A stretch of DNA of 64,000 nt. Source: Lepidodermella squamata (lineage: Eukaryota; Animalia; Gastrotricha). This document shows positions 11,761-24,315 of this stretch, piece after piece; within the stretch, counting starts at the first letter, position 1; each line of letters begins with the position of its first letter. The notes below the pieces were generated by a model. That model ran no database searches and was not told where the DNA came from. It saw nothing but the letters and a program-made list of their open reading frames with translations. The stretch spans positions 1,860,001 to 1,924,000 of the forward strand of contig JBLDXI010000054.1 in NCBI GenBank assembly GCA_047495785.1, read 5' to 3'. The translations under genes were made by a program, and so were the position numbers.

Positions 11761-12339
11761 CGAATTAACTCGCGCTTACCATTTTGGGATTATAATGCTC
11801 GCCGGTTTATTGCTTTTTATTCTCGCAAACCATGTCGCAACAACCGTGGCAAATTAAAGCAGCAAAGTTTATGAGTTTTGGCACTTTTATTTAAGCTCAT
11901 TAATTATTTGCACCAGACTAACAACAAACAATGAAAAATGTCTAGAACAAAGGTTGACTGAGGTCACAAGAAGACTTTCCGTCAATTGCCAATATGGAAA
12001 GTGCAGTTGTTGAAGGTAGCGCCGGACGCGAAGCTGAGCGGCATACAGTGCTTTGGCTACGCATTCCGACACCGAATCGCATGGTTTGACTGCTGACTAG
12101 GAGACCACCCAAGTTTTCAAGGTCTTGGCCTGATTTCGGGGGAACCTGGATCTCTGGCCATTGGTACAAGAAAATTAATGAAAAGGTGAAAAAAAATTCA
12201 AAATTCGCAGATTTTTAAGGTGGAAATTTTATTTTCTATCAATTTTATCTGAAATTTACCAGGCGTTCCCTATATGCTCCCGGAACGGGGTCCCTGGGTG
12301 GTTCCGGTTACGGAGAAAAGCAATCTCGAATTCACTCAG

Positions 12340-13070
12340 AATACAGAAACACTTTTCTTGTACGAATGACTGTATGAATCGAGGTTCCGACTATCCGACT
12401 ATATATTCTGAGCCATCCAAGATTGCTTAAATCTCCGGAAGGCTTCCATGGTTTCATCGATTTTTTCTGGTGGCATCGCTAACGTCGTAGCATAGCCGCA
12501 ATAGCTGTGACATTAGGGTAGGTGTTCCGAGTTCCCTTCAAGATGGAGCTCAATTTCTTAGGTTCCATGCCTTTCGCATTAATCAGAATGTTGACCATAG
12601 ATTCAATAGGCTAAGCGGTACAGTTTGAATTGAGGATGAAGCCATGAAAATACCAGGGATATAGCCATACGTCATGCTGGGCATGTACTCATCGAAGACA
12701 TCCGGAAGCTCATCCTGTTTTACTTCGATCTCTTCATGGTTAACAGGGACTTGAGGCAGAGACTCATTCAGCAATGATTCATAGGTTTCCCCAAGTAGCT
12801 CCGTAATGATCGAATAGGCATTATTCAGCTCGGTCACGGCTATCCCACTCCTCGAATGACGATGGGCTTTCGCAATGTTGAGAATTCCGCACAGGCCGTC
12901 TGTGCGGAATTCGCTGTTTTAGTAAATTGCTCCCATTGGAATCTATTTGCACTTTCGAACCCTTTCGAATGTTCCACAACGCACTCATCTAGCTGAGTAT
13001 GTCTATTTGTGAGATCGAGCTTCACCTTTCGCCTGCCAATTCTCCTCTTGCCACCCGTAACATCTACGGC
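12340..13070 (-). pseudogene. Frameshifted coding remnant of unknown family
   Basis: Consecutive protein-like segments in shifting frames (KLDLTNRHTQ.., TELNNAYSII.., MVNILINAKG.., MPPEKIDETMEAF..). An 8-bp tandem duplication TCCGACTA at 12386-12401 creates a stop. Confidence 0.35.
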
Positions 13071-13867
13071 AAATGTCGAGTATAGAGTTGATATGACAAT
13101 TGTGGCGTTGAGTAGGTCGTAAATGCATACCAGGTCTATGAAGTCTATTTATCAAATACATTTAAAATTCAATTATGATCTAACAATATCTCTCAGCTTC
13201 ATCCAAATTGCTAAGAATGCCGAAAATCCCATACATTGTCATGAAATCTTCATCAAGATTATACCACAGGTATCGCTTAGAAAAGTAAAAAATTCGACAA
13301 CATCTTGAATAATATCCAATATCCAACCCTCCAGCTCGGCCAGACCGGAAAAGACAATGAAAATTCACCCTACTGTTTCGTCAATTTCGAGGGGTTTTGT
13401 ACCGTGTCTTAGTGGAAAATCTTCATAATTTCCTCAACTACCTCGTTTTTTCGTTTCTCTTCATTGAGATCTCGCGTTTGAGATCTTATCCTCATTCGTT
13501 AGTGTAAAGCAAGAGGATAACGTCGAAAAACGCTGGAGCCTCACCTTTAAATTTTATATTCCTCGCTTGTTGGTCAAATAAAAGTATTCACTGATTTGCT
13601 TGAAATTACGCCGAAAAAAATCAGCATTTTCATGTCGTTTCCATTTTTGATATCTCCTTCTCTTTCTAATTCGAATTTAGTTGTTCAAAAAAATAAGCCG
13701 CTCCTAGAATCTCCCACCAATTATTGATGAGTTGTTTACATCAACTACATAGTCTGCTTTTGCGTATAGACGCGTGCCTGACAACATTTTACGCCTAATT
13801 TTAGGCAAAATTTCATTCAGGCCCAATCATTTTTTCTACGAATTGTTCACAAGAATTTTTCAGAAAA

Positions 13868-16189
13868 ATGAATTTACTCCACCTTGCTGTTATTTTTGCG
13901 ATTATTCCAGCTGTTAAATGCCAATACAGCCGGTGTTTATCAGCTTTCAACAACAAATGGGTACAATGTGAAGAACCCCCAGGTTGCGATCCTTTAACTG
14001 AGTATCAGGTTTGCTTCACGAGATTTTAAAGTTAATTGAAGTTCGAATCTTCGATAATTTTTTCTAGCTCGGACCATCAGCAACTTACTCTGCGTGCACG
14101 AAAGGGGTAAGTTACGATCAGATAAATTCTTGAAATCACTTATTCCAAGTACCACTTTTACAGACAGGCTTTCTTTGTTACAAATATTTGAAGTTTTCCA
14201 TCGTTTGCAATGCTGGAGTAATTGCTTGTAAACCAGCGAATAATGAAATGGAGGTTTGCCATAAATTGCGTTAATTATTCCACTTTAGTTCATATTTATT
14301 TCATTTAGATTGATCGATTTCAAGGGAGCGCCCTGATTAAATACAACCTCGATGCCTGCTACAACGCTTCTATTACCTTCCCGGTTAGTATTCCAATTTG
14401 TCAAAGTATCTTTGCTATTTCTCTATTTTCTATCTATTTTATGAATTATGTATCAGAATCAACAATTTATGCAGTGCAAAAATGGAGCGGCGGCTGTTAC
14501 GTGCATTCCAAGCTCGAAAAACTGCTCGGAAATCGGATTGGTTTGCTTTTCAAACTGTTTAATTTTTTTCTGGAATGGCATATTTTTATTATCAAGACAA
14601 ATGGCGGCCTGAAGGGCAATTTGGCATCTTGTCTGAGCGCCAGCGAACGTGAGTGGGATTTTTCTCGGAACTTCGGAGGCTACTTACTGTATCTTTTCCA
14701 GTCTCCGTGCCGGATAGCGAGAAGCCACACGTTCGTTGCTTCGACGCGTCCTCGAAAGCTTTCACAGACTGCCGCCTGAAGAGTGCTGGCTGTTCGAGTG
14801 GCGAAACTACCAAATTTACTGACGGCTCATTCGTAGACAGAGAAACATGCCTGCGTGGGGTATTGATTTTTTCCAAGATCCCTATTTTATTTTTGGAATT
14901 TCTCTAATTTTTCAGAATGCCGTCAGATGCAACAAACAAGGAGGCGATAAGGAGTGTCGCAATAATTGCCCATCTACTGCAACAAGAGTGAATTCTTCCC
15001 TGTTGCCATTTAGTTTGTTTTGAAATGTTTTTTTTCACCAGGAAATACTTTACACAACTTTCAAGGATTTTGCGAGCAACTACGGCAAGTGTTTAGACGA
15101 AAGTATGCTACAACATGGTTTGTTATAAAATTATATGAAGGCATTTTTTGTTTTATTTTTAGTGGATCCATGCGCTAACAGCCCTTGTCAAAACGGCGGC
15201 ACATGTATAGGCCCGAATAAGTGCAAATGCGTCAACGGATACATTGGAAATGCTTGCGAGACAAGTCAGTTTACGCATTTTTTTAGTTTCAGATTTAGAT
15301 ACGATTACGTGTAAATTGCAGCCAAATATTACGTTCCTGGGCAGGGTACATTCTTCCAAGCCGCTGTAGTAAACTGTCACGATGCAAATGCCCGTCTTGC
15401 TGTTATGAAAACGCCCGAAGATATTGAGGCCGCGATGGTTGCATCCGGATTCGATCCAAGCTCTATGCAGCCCTACATCGGTCTCACTACGACGTTCTTA
15501 TATCCCGACAACTCGTCGTTCGATCTATTCTCGCTAAATTTCGCATATCTTCAACCAAAAAATGATGGACCTTGTAAGAATGATATTGCTAATTAAACTA
15601 ACAACATGTTAATATTTTACCACAGGCACGCAGATTAGGCCGAGTGGATACTGGGTTATTTCTTGTGAAAGCACGCGCGTCGCGGCTCTGTGTCAAAATC
15701 CGACAACGGTATATTACGACATATCAACGAGCGAAACAACATCGCCATTTGCTATATTTTTACCAGGGTGATATGCAACTCATCTCAACCAGTAGCCAGA
15801 ATGCGGAAACTCAAAAAAACGAGTGTCTCACGAGAGGCCTGCAGGTGGCAATATTAAACAATCAAACAACGTACAACATTGCGCTTCAGATAGTCTCGTC
15901 AGTGCCGGGTAATATCAATTCTAGAGGCGCGTTCATCGCCGCTAAACGAACGGAACCGGTTACGTTTACTTGGGCGACAGGCGACTCGTTAATGGGCATC
16001 CCCGGAGTTAAAATTTCGAAGGCTCTATCAGATAGTGATAAACAACACTGTAAGTGAACGGACGCTTGCTTACAAGTTATTCATAACCAAAATTGTTGTT
16101 TTCCAGGTGTAATTTGGGACGCTGTTAACGGTTCATTTGTGCAGGCCTATTGCGATGTCATACGCAAATACATGTGCGAGAGACTGTAA
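13868..16189 (+). CDS. Secreted multi-exon protein: Cys-rich N-terminal region, EGF, two C-type lectin domains
   Basis: Signal peptide MNLLHLAVIFAIIPAVKC and many short GT-AG introns. EGF DPCANSPCQNGGTCIGPNKCKCVNGYIGNACET; CTL motifs (ARLAVM..PYIGL..SCES..ALCQ; FTWATG..CVIW..YCD..YMCERL*). AATAAA near 16248. Confidence 0.85.
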
Positions 16190-16528
16190 AATAGAAATAT
16201 GAATCAAAGGTGAGCTGAGAATTCAATGTTCTGTGTGATATGAGGTGAATAAAAGGTTTTGATCCCGACTAGGGAAAGTTGTTCCTTCTTGTTCATTGGT
16301 CACTATTAACCACACTAATACCCATCGGCAGGGTGTTAATTACAGGGCTGCAGGGTTGTCGCCGACAAGTGTGTGACATTCATAGGAGGGGGCTGGGGTT
16401 ATTATACGCCAGCTCGGCAAGCTCGGACAAGAAACCGCTGTTTTGTCAATTTCTCGAGCAATTGAGAATGCTGCCTGCTACTTTTAAATCGTTACTCGCA
16501 TGTCAGTGGGCGATAGCCTACAGCCAAC

Positions 16529-16722
16529 ATATCGTTAGCGTCGTTGAATAACTCGGATTTAGCCTTGTTTAGAGCCATTTGAAGGTGATAGGTGCCAAGT
16601 AAAAAGTTTTTATTTTGGCCTCTTCATTCGCGTTAAAAACGCCGGTTTTTACTTGTCACTCGTCAACTTAAAACGGATGTAAACAAGGCTAAATCCGAGT
16701 TATTCAACGACGCTAACGATAT
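16529..16722. mobile_element. MITE-like foldback element
   Basis: About 43-bp perfect terminal inverted repeat (ATATCGTTAGCGTCGTTGAATAACTCGGATTTAGCCTTGTTTA and its reverse complement). No coding capacity. Confidence 0.8.
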
Positions 16723-17013
16723 CAGCGAGTTTTTTATTGTCGACCTGAGAAATTGCGCTTATTCATAGAAATTAATAATAAATTGGTGATAGGACCTATC
16801 GTAGCTACGGGTCACGTAATACTGTAATACTACGTCGCGCATCGTGTGGAAACTGATTTATCGACATTTATAGAACTAGCCATGATGATCGATACTGAGA
16901 ATTTTGCCATGACGCATTTTCTCATAATCATAAACGAGATTTGGTGTCGAACAAAGCGTGATTTGAGCTGGGGGTAACCTACCAGCCTTTATATATTCAG
17001 AAAAAGATCCACT

Positions 17014-18700
17014 ATGCTAAACGTTGCAGTTTTTCGACTGTCACTGGCTATATTTGCAGGCGCTTCAGCTCAAAGTTAATTTTAATAGTAGATCTTGGTT
17101 ACCGACAGCTTATTTTTATTATTTTCAGGTATTTGCAACCCGCCTTGCAATGCTAGAGGTGGGCTCTGCAATGCGCCCAATGTCTGTACTTGTCTAACCC
17201 GTTTCACAGGCCAAGATTGCTCTCAAGGTAGCATTATTTGCTAAGGAAATTCTATTACACAATTGGTAACATTTTTTAAACTTCAGTCAATTCGCCATTA
17301 ATAGATCAACGAATGTTCTCGAAGGAATTTTCGTACTTGAATGACGGCAATTATGGTTAGATTGATATAGATGACGTTTGAAATTTTTATTAAATGGAGG
17401 GTACGGATGGTACCTCGAGATCTCGAGGCGAGAAACCCCAAAAAGGTACCCTCCTCCCTCCTTTTTTACTCCCCGATCCTACTTCTTCCCACCAATGACC
17501 AACATTATTCCGCAGATCAAAACTGGATATATAGCAGCTCAAAGAATTTCACCACTCTATCGTCCGATAATTTCATCAATCTGGCATTGGCCAGTTACAC
17601 GTATTCGACACTGACGAGTCGAAAAGTGAATCTTACACTCAGGCCTTTTACTGATTATTGACAATATCGTTTCCTGCAGATTATGGCGCTTACTGATTTT
17701 TCGGTTAATTTCACAATGGATTTACCTTCCAGCAGTGTCGATCATTACGGCATATATATTCTGTCGAATTCTTCAATCAAAGCCAAACCAACTGACCCAT
17801 ATGTCGTTGACGGAAGTAATTTTGCCGGCCTGATGATTCGCTTCAGTGTCCATTGGGGAAAAATTGGCATCATTGCATCGCAAACTTCAGTGGCTGTCGA
17901 TTTAACGGGTGAACCTTTCAGGCTCATTAGTGTAAATTAGTTTCTTGAACTGCAACATAATAGTACCGATTCAAACTCTCTTCACCCTGAACCCGACGTG
18001 GACAACCGGTAGAAGCCATGTTGGCCTTGTTGTGAGAAACGGCGATACGTTGTCGCTAGATATTTGCTACACCGGCGGATGCCAGGTCATTTTTCGCGAC
18101 TACGTACTTGCGCCATTCCTACCGATAAAAGACCCGACAATGCAGCCGGCTGTTCTCGGATTTTTCGTCGGAAATTGGGGAGCTGGTGGTCGCGTCTCAT
18201 TGGTCGACGCTAGACTCTACTCGTTCAGTAAGTTTTAGATGACCGCATGTGTTTTCATGACCTGTACGACTTGTACCTCTCAAGTTGAGCCAACATGTGA
18301 TCCTGGATGCAAGCGAGGAACTTGCGGTGGTACAAACAAATGTGCTTGCAACGTCGGCTGGACTGGGCAATTTTGTGATCAACGTAATATTTAATAATTA
18401 AACTGGGATTCTCAATGAAACCAATTGCTCATATTTCGAAGAGGCCTGTGGGTCGATAGTTTGTCCAAAAAAAGCTTGGTGCCGATCATCGAACAATTGC
18501 TCATGTTTTGACAAGTGGAAAACAGGACCTGACTGTGTGAAACGTAAGAATATTGAAATAGAAACGCATAATTAATTGATTGCAATTCATCTCCAGCCAT
18601 CTGCGACTGCAAGATAGCGAAGAGGTGCGTCGCACAGTTGTGCGATTGTCCGGATGGATCACAGAAGCACGATTGTAACGAGGCCAATTCTTTACTCTAA
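17014..18700 (+). CDS. Secreted EGF + ConA/L-type-lectin-like + three EGF-like domain protein
   Basis: Signal MLNVAVFRLSLAIFAGASA. EGFs ICNPPCNARGGLCNAPNVCTC..C and TCDPGCKRGTCGGTNKCAC..C plus two more. Central beta-rich domain (FSVNF..DHYGIYI..FAGLMIRF). Multiple short introns. Confidence 0.8.
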
Positions 18701-19064
18701 AAGTAATTGAATTGCTCTGAATCCTGATTCGATTCGATTCTACTTTAAAAACACGAACTATATTATATCAGGCAGATTCCCAGGTACCTTTTTGGGTAGC
18801 CATAGCAACACATTTTGAGGATAATGTCAGGGAAATGTCAAGACTTTAAGGCACTACTCTATACTTAATTGTTAATAAAATCATAAATGAAAGTCGTGAC
18901 TATGATTTCCAGCCAACCACAAAGTATCAGAAACATATTTTGAACAAGTTGCTTCGGCTCATGACGCAGGCACGCAGAGCCAAAAAATCCATCTTAAATT
19001 CATTCTTTCGTATTTTTTTATTTTTACATGTCTGCTAACAGTTTCGCTTTTGGCTTACTTGAAA

Positions 19065-21813
19065 ATGGCTGGATCTGACAACCTGATCGAAGCATCCCTC
19101 ATTTCAAAGCTGTTGTTAGCTGCTTCCTCCGAGTTGCCAGAATCAGGCACCGTCGAACTCGGTTTCTCCCTAATCGCAAGGAGTGAATCAGTTCTTGGTG
19201 TACGTTTCTCAGATGGCTCGAATCTCGCAGATATAGCCAGGATTCGCATTTTCGCTGACCCATTCGCCCGCCGCATTTGCCATTTAATTGACGAAAATGG
19301 CGTTGTCAGGTTAGCATTCGCTTTCTTGAAAGACTCCTACTACCACATAAGCATAGCCACATCGAAGATTCAGATTTTCAAAACTACAGTTTTGAAACAG
19401 CATGTGACATCCTTCCACGAACTTGGGGCTGTTTCGATAATTTTCAGAGACAAAGCTGAGCTACTTGTTTTGGTGAGAAAACTAACTGGTTACTTGGGTC
19501 CGGTGGAGTTGAGCGAGAATTGCCTCCCGAATTACGAAGCTGCTCGCCGGCAATTGAATCAAAACGATTCGCTCAAAAAAGATTACTTCCTTCGCGACTC
19601 TATTTCAAAACGAGAACTGGAAGAAGGATTTAGGCCTATCTACTCCAATTTCAATGACTTTCCTGTAATACCGAAACTTCGAGTAGTAAAGAAGCACATA
19701 ATGAACAGCTTGGCCCATTCTGATGGTCTATGCGATGCCCATTCGGAATCGAAGCCGCTTCATGACGATAAACGATCTGCTCGAATCTACAGCTTAGCTA
19801 ATGAGAAGCTAATTGCTCAAAGCCTGGCTGCTGTAACTAAGGATAAACCGTTGAAAATGGAAGATATCGCGCCGTTTTTCGAGCGCCCGTTCAACGAACC
19901 TCGCATCTCGAGATTCTTATCCGATTCCGTCTATCAAAAACTCGTGATAAACATACCGCCTTACCCGGATAACGATTACGTTCGAGATCCAGCTAGTATG
20001 CCTGGGTACACCCGAGATTTCGTAGAGCATATCGGGAATCAGTTATCGGATTATCAACGAAGCCCGAGGCCGACATTTCCAGGTGTTCAAAATCGCGTTG
20101 GAGGGACTGCAGAACCTGTATGGTGTTACGCCCTAAGAAGTGATCTCAATTTATCAAGAAAATCGGTCGTGACATTTGTTAGATTCCTAGTTATGATGCC
20201 GCCTGAAGCCTTCTTTAACGAACAACGAATTTTCGCATTCACGACAGTCGGATTTCGGATTATTGACGAAATTTGGGAGCGCAGAGGGTCGACTAGCATG
20301 CCATTCCATAAGCAAAAGTTCGTTGAAGGAGAATGGAAGCCTGTCAACTTACTCGTTATTTTCCCGGAGGCAGGCCGACTTTGTGACGGTCCTCTGGGCC
20401 TCACGCGATGGATACGCTTCCTTCAACTCAAAAGGCCGAAGGACGGAAACCCTAACTTTGAACTAAAAAACAACGGGATCGACATAAGTTGGGCCCTTGC
20501 TGTATCTGCTACTACAAAACCTATGAAAAAAGGATTTTCACCCAAACTTGCGGCACTTGATTTTCCTGATCAACAGGTAAGCCTCTATAATCTAGAATAG
20601 GTCGTTTCGGACCTTCAAGCTTTCCATTTAGGTTGTGATGATGTCCCGAGAAGTTGCGGTTAGTAGCCCAAAGGCTACATGGTTCAGCGTCCCGAAATTC
20701 GAACTATGGCATACACATAGCTTCTCAAACTCGATACGAGCTAAAGGTGACTTATGGGTTCTAGCCGGCCTGGAGGGTCAGCGGAGCTTGGTTTTTCAAA
20801 GCAACGACAGTTCAGTGGAAAAATCACGCTTCGACTTGAATCCTGGGTTCGCGAGGTTCGAGCTACGGGAGGCTGAGATTATTGTTTACCACGCCGATCT
20901 CCAAGACTCTTTAGAGCCGAAATATCAAGGCATTTTGAGGATTGAATTTGCTAGCCCTGAAGAGGCTGTCGCTTTCCTCAGAGGTTTGAAAGGCTACTTG
21001 GGAGACAGCCACCACAGCGAACTAGTTCAATCTAGGGATGCCAAATTCTTTGAACGTAATACTTGGCAGCCGCTTTCGGAAATTCGAGCTGTGGCAATCC
21101 CTTCCCTTAACCATTCAATGCTGTCCCTTGAAGTAGTTGCAAGAATTATTGGCAGATCAATTCCGGAGCAGTGCTACTCCGACTCACCTGCGTCGATCGA
21201 AGCTTATTCTAGGATGAATGATGGTGAGATAAGAACAGCGTACCTAACCGGCCGACTTGACCAACCTCAAAACCGTGTCCTGTTCGAGTTACCCTATAAC
21301 TACCCTCACCCTTACCGAGACGGCTTTTTGAACCGTAAGAAGGGAAAAGCGGTCGAGTTCGACATACAGTTTAGCTTCAACACCGTGAAGAGCCTCAAAA
21401 AGCGGGTGAGCGTAGCGTTGTATGACGAAAACCAAGAATTTAAGGTCTCTCATTTTCATAAAATGATGGGTAGAGAAAGGGACGATTACTTCTTCTTGGC
21501 AATGGTTTTCGACACACAGAGGACTGATGATTGGCTGTTGACTGGAGAGCGGATGACTTGGGTGTACCCAATAGTCATGCACCTTCCGACTCGCGTACTG
21601 GATCAGACTGGCGTGACTGTTTTCGGAGCGCATTGTTTCAAGGCAAATCGCGAGGGTGGCGAATGGAACTGGGAACTCGAGCGAGTGGCTGTGGTGTTCA
21701 CAGAATGTGATGGCAAATATAACAAAGCCGGGCAGAGATGGTTTCGGATCATTTTTGACTCGCCCTCACTTGAGATTAAATGGGCTAAAATGATGCCGAT
21801 TGCTAACGAGTAA
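19065..21813 (+). CDS. Orphan ~900-aa two-exon protein with internally duplicated halves
   Basis: A 55-nt intron 20577-20631 (CAG|gtaagc...tttag|GTT) joins the 516-aa and 392-aa ORFs in frame. Both halves share I.F....E....R.L.GYLG and GEW....V.F.E...RW.R...I.WA motifs. Confidence 0.8.
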
Positions 21814-21914
21814 AACTAATGAAACACTTTTGAGGTATAAACTAGATGGATAGGCCATAGCTACAACATTATTACGCGTGAGTAGTTATAATTTTCCACA
21901 TCTAAGCTTGAGAT

Positions 21915-22515
21915 TTAATCCTTTTCTCAATGTGAGTGTTTCCATGCACTGCGAAGGTTTTAGCTGCATGAAGTATGGCATGTTTTGAAGTACCCAAATC
22001 GGGGAGTCAGTTTTAGCCAATCACGCTGCCGTCAGTTTTAGCGTCGGAAGCTACTTGCCACGTCCCATTTCCTGCCAAGAAAAACAATCCCGCCCGTTAC
22101 TTTGACCATTTTTCATGCGCTGGGTAAACTAACTCAGCCCGATAAAATTGCTGTAGTAAAACTGACTGAAGAAAAATGTAGGGTCACAGCTTGCAAATTT
22201 GGGAGAGTCGATGAAAAATTTCTCCGATCCACGATTTTTCACTGACAATAGTTGCTCTCGAGTGAGCGCCACGTAATAGGCAACATTTTTTGCTGATCAA
22301 CTTTGAAAAACAGAGCAAATGTCCACGATTGGTTACCCTAGTGGAACCCTAGTGATGTCGCAGGGTTCAAGAAGCAAATCGCAACCTTCTCACCGGTTGT
22401 AATTTTGATGTATGAAAGGTTCAGTCGATGATGAGAGTGGCAGATTCATCGGCCAATAATATCAGATATCCAAGTCTCTGCTCCCAACGGCCAAAATGCT
22501 ATTGGCGCTGGCAGC
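21915..22515 (-). pseudogene. Deleted duplicate of the LamG/lectin N-terminus of the 26034-29054 channel gene
   Basis: Colinear high similarity to about 28064-29004 (e.g. GATGAAAAATTTCTCCGATCCACGATTTTTCACTGACAATAGTTGCTCT identical), with internal deletions. Truncated at the hairpin at 22517. Confidence 0.9.
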
Positions 22516-22516
22516 A

Positions 22517-22626
22517 CGAAATATAGATCGAGTAAAACGAATGAAACGAGTGGAGAAACGAGTGCTATTCTCGTCGTTCCGCCTCGATTTCACTCGTATC
22601 ATTCGTTTTACTCGATCTATATTTCG
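22517..22626. mobile_element. Short foldback/MITE-like hairpin
   Basis: CGAAATATAGATCGAGTAAAACGAATGA... and its reverse complement form a stem of about 37 bp. Related AATATAGAT/ATCTATATT motifs recur at 22910-23030. Confidence 0.7.
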
Positions 22627-23021
22627 ATATTCCAACGAGACGCTGCCGAATTCATGCAAAGCGGGGACGAAATGCTGTCGGATTTTCTGGATTTTTCGGG
22701 AAAATTCTGGTTCCTACGGCCGATTTGTGCCGCCCGAATGAAAGCCTGCCAAGCTACCTCCGTCTGAGCAATTCTCAAAATTGAATTTCTCCATTTTCTT
22801 TCTCAATAAACTGCGTTGCGACAACTATATCCCAGTGTTTTTCCATTACAAATAGCTGTTTCAAGACCTCGGGGTCCTTCAAGAGGGTTGAAAATGAGCG
22901 TTATGTCAAAAATATAGATACACCTGAATCTATATTTCGAATATAGATCATAAATATAGTTCATATTCAAATCTATATTTGAAGTATGAAAAAATATAGA
23001 TTTGTGTTTCAAGGTTAAAAA

Positions 23022-23286
23022 TATAGACACAGTGTTATATTTGTATGGTATAACATGAGTAAAAAGTTCATATCTGAACGGAGCCGACCGAGATTTACGA
23101 ATCGAATCGAGTACGGCGGTTTAGACATGAACGATTTCCGAATTTTATACCATACAAATATCGAATTGTCAAAGCTACTACTCAACTCGCCTCCGGCTCG
23201 TTTCGATTCGTAAATCTCGGTCAGCTCCGTTCAGATATAAACTTTTTACTCATGTTATACCATACAAATATTACACGGTGTCTATA
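23022..23286. mobile_element. MITE-like element with long terminal inverted repeats
   Basis: About 85-bp near-perfect inverted repeats (TATAGACAC.GTGT.ATATTTGTATGGTATAACATGAGTAAAAAGTT...CGAGATTTACGAATCGAA). Confidence 0.85.
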
Positions 23287-23289
23287 CAT

Positions 23290-23517
23290 TCGAGCGATTC
23301 AAGTGAGAATTCTGAGGTCGAAGAAGATACTGGCAAGGAAGAATCGAGTGAAGAACGGAGAGGAGGTCATTCGGGTATTAAAACTCAAGCGAGAAATATT
23401 GTGAATATTGACGATCAGTGCCGAAGCCGGTCGAGAATGGGAAATTACTTCGGGTTCCCTGTCGTCGTAAGTCGTAAGAAAGATCAAGTGTTGAATTTCA
23501 GCCATTTGGATTCTTAG
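23290..23517 (+). pseudogene. Fragment of a paralog of the 19065 orphan gene
   Basis: FPVVVSRKKDQVLNFSHLDS resembles FPVIPKLRVVKKHIMNSLAHSD. Its first 40 nt match 25548-25586, which lies inside another fragment of the same family. Confidence 0.5.
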
Positions 23518-24315
23518 CTGCGTCGCTCGTGGAAGCAGCAGCTTTGAAGCGGTACTTCGCATATTTTGACCAAAACAAAGCTGAACCCATGAAATCGCTT
23601 CTTTCAACAGACATGAAAGTAACCTCAACTTTCTACTAACAACAAAACAATAATCCGCCAATAAACCAAATTTTGTTTCCCAGTTGCAACCTGGGTTTTC
23701 CTTTTCGAACATTCAGACAGTTGATGTGAGATTGCTGCGAGCTATATGGCATACAAATTGAGAGCTTATTGCAATTGTCGCGCAATTTGGACACCTTGAA
23801 TACGCCCATGTGCACTTTTGGGGATTGGAGGTGAAAGATGTTATTTGCGAACGACCGCATCCTCGTATATAGTTTCTTCAGTAGAGAAATGCAATAACGT
23901 CCGGCCATTTAGGCATTTGAGCCATTAGCCGTGAAAAAGCATGTCTTCTCAGTTAGCTATTATTTCCTAATTAATTAAGGTATTATTTCTTATTTCTTAA
24001 TTATCATGTTTACAAAAGATTGGCTAAAGCTTGTCACGTGTTTTCGATTTCGCCGGCGCCGATAGTTTAGTGCTGACGAAAAGCAAATAAGATGATATAG
24101 CCAACATATCTTGCATCAACTCAATAACAATCGGCTAGCGGCTAGACTAAATGTTTGATCTTAGTTTCCAGCTGCTCAATAAAATGACATCGACGACGTG
24201 GATATGTTTACAATTGTCTCTTCGAGAAGAAGATTCGCCGAGAGGCTAGTATTGTAATTTTCCATCTTGCGAATTCTTTCAATTTCCATCATCAAATTTA
24301 CTAGCTGAAGTTAAG

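Noticed and set aside
20577-20637. Operon-like bicistron of the 516-aa and 392-aa ORFs
   Set aside because: A canonical in-frame GT-AG intron of typical size joins them into one gene.
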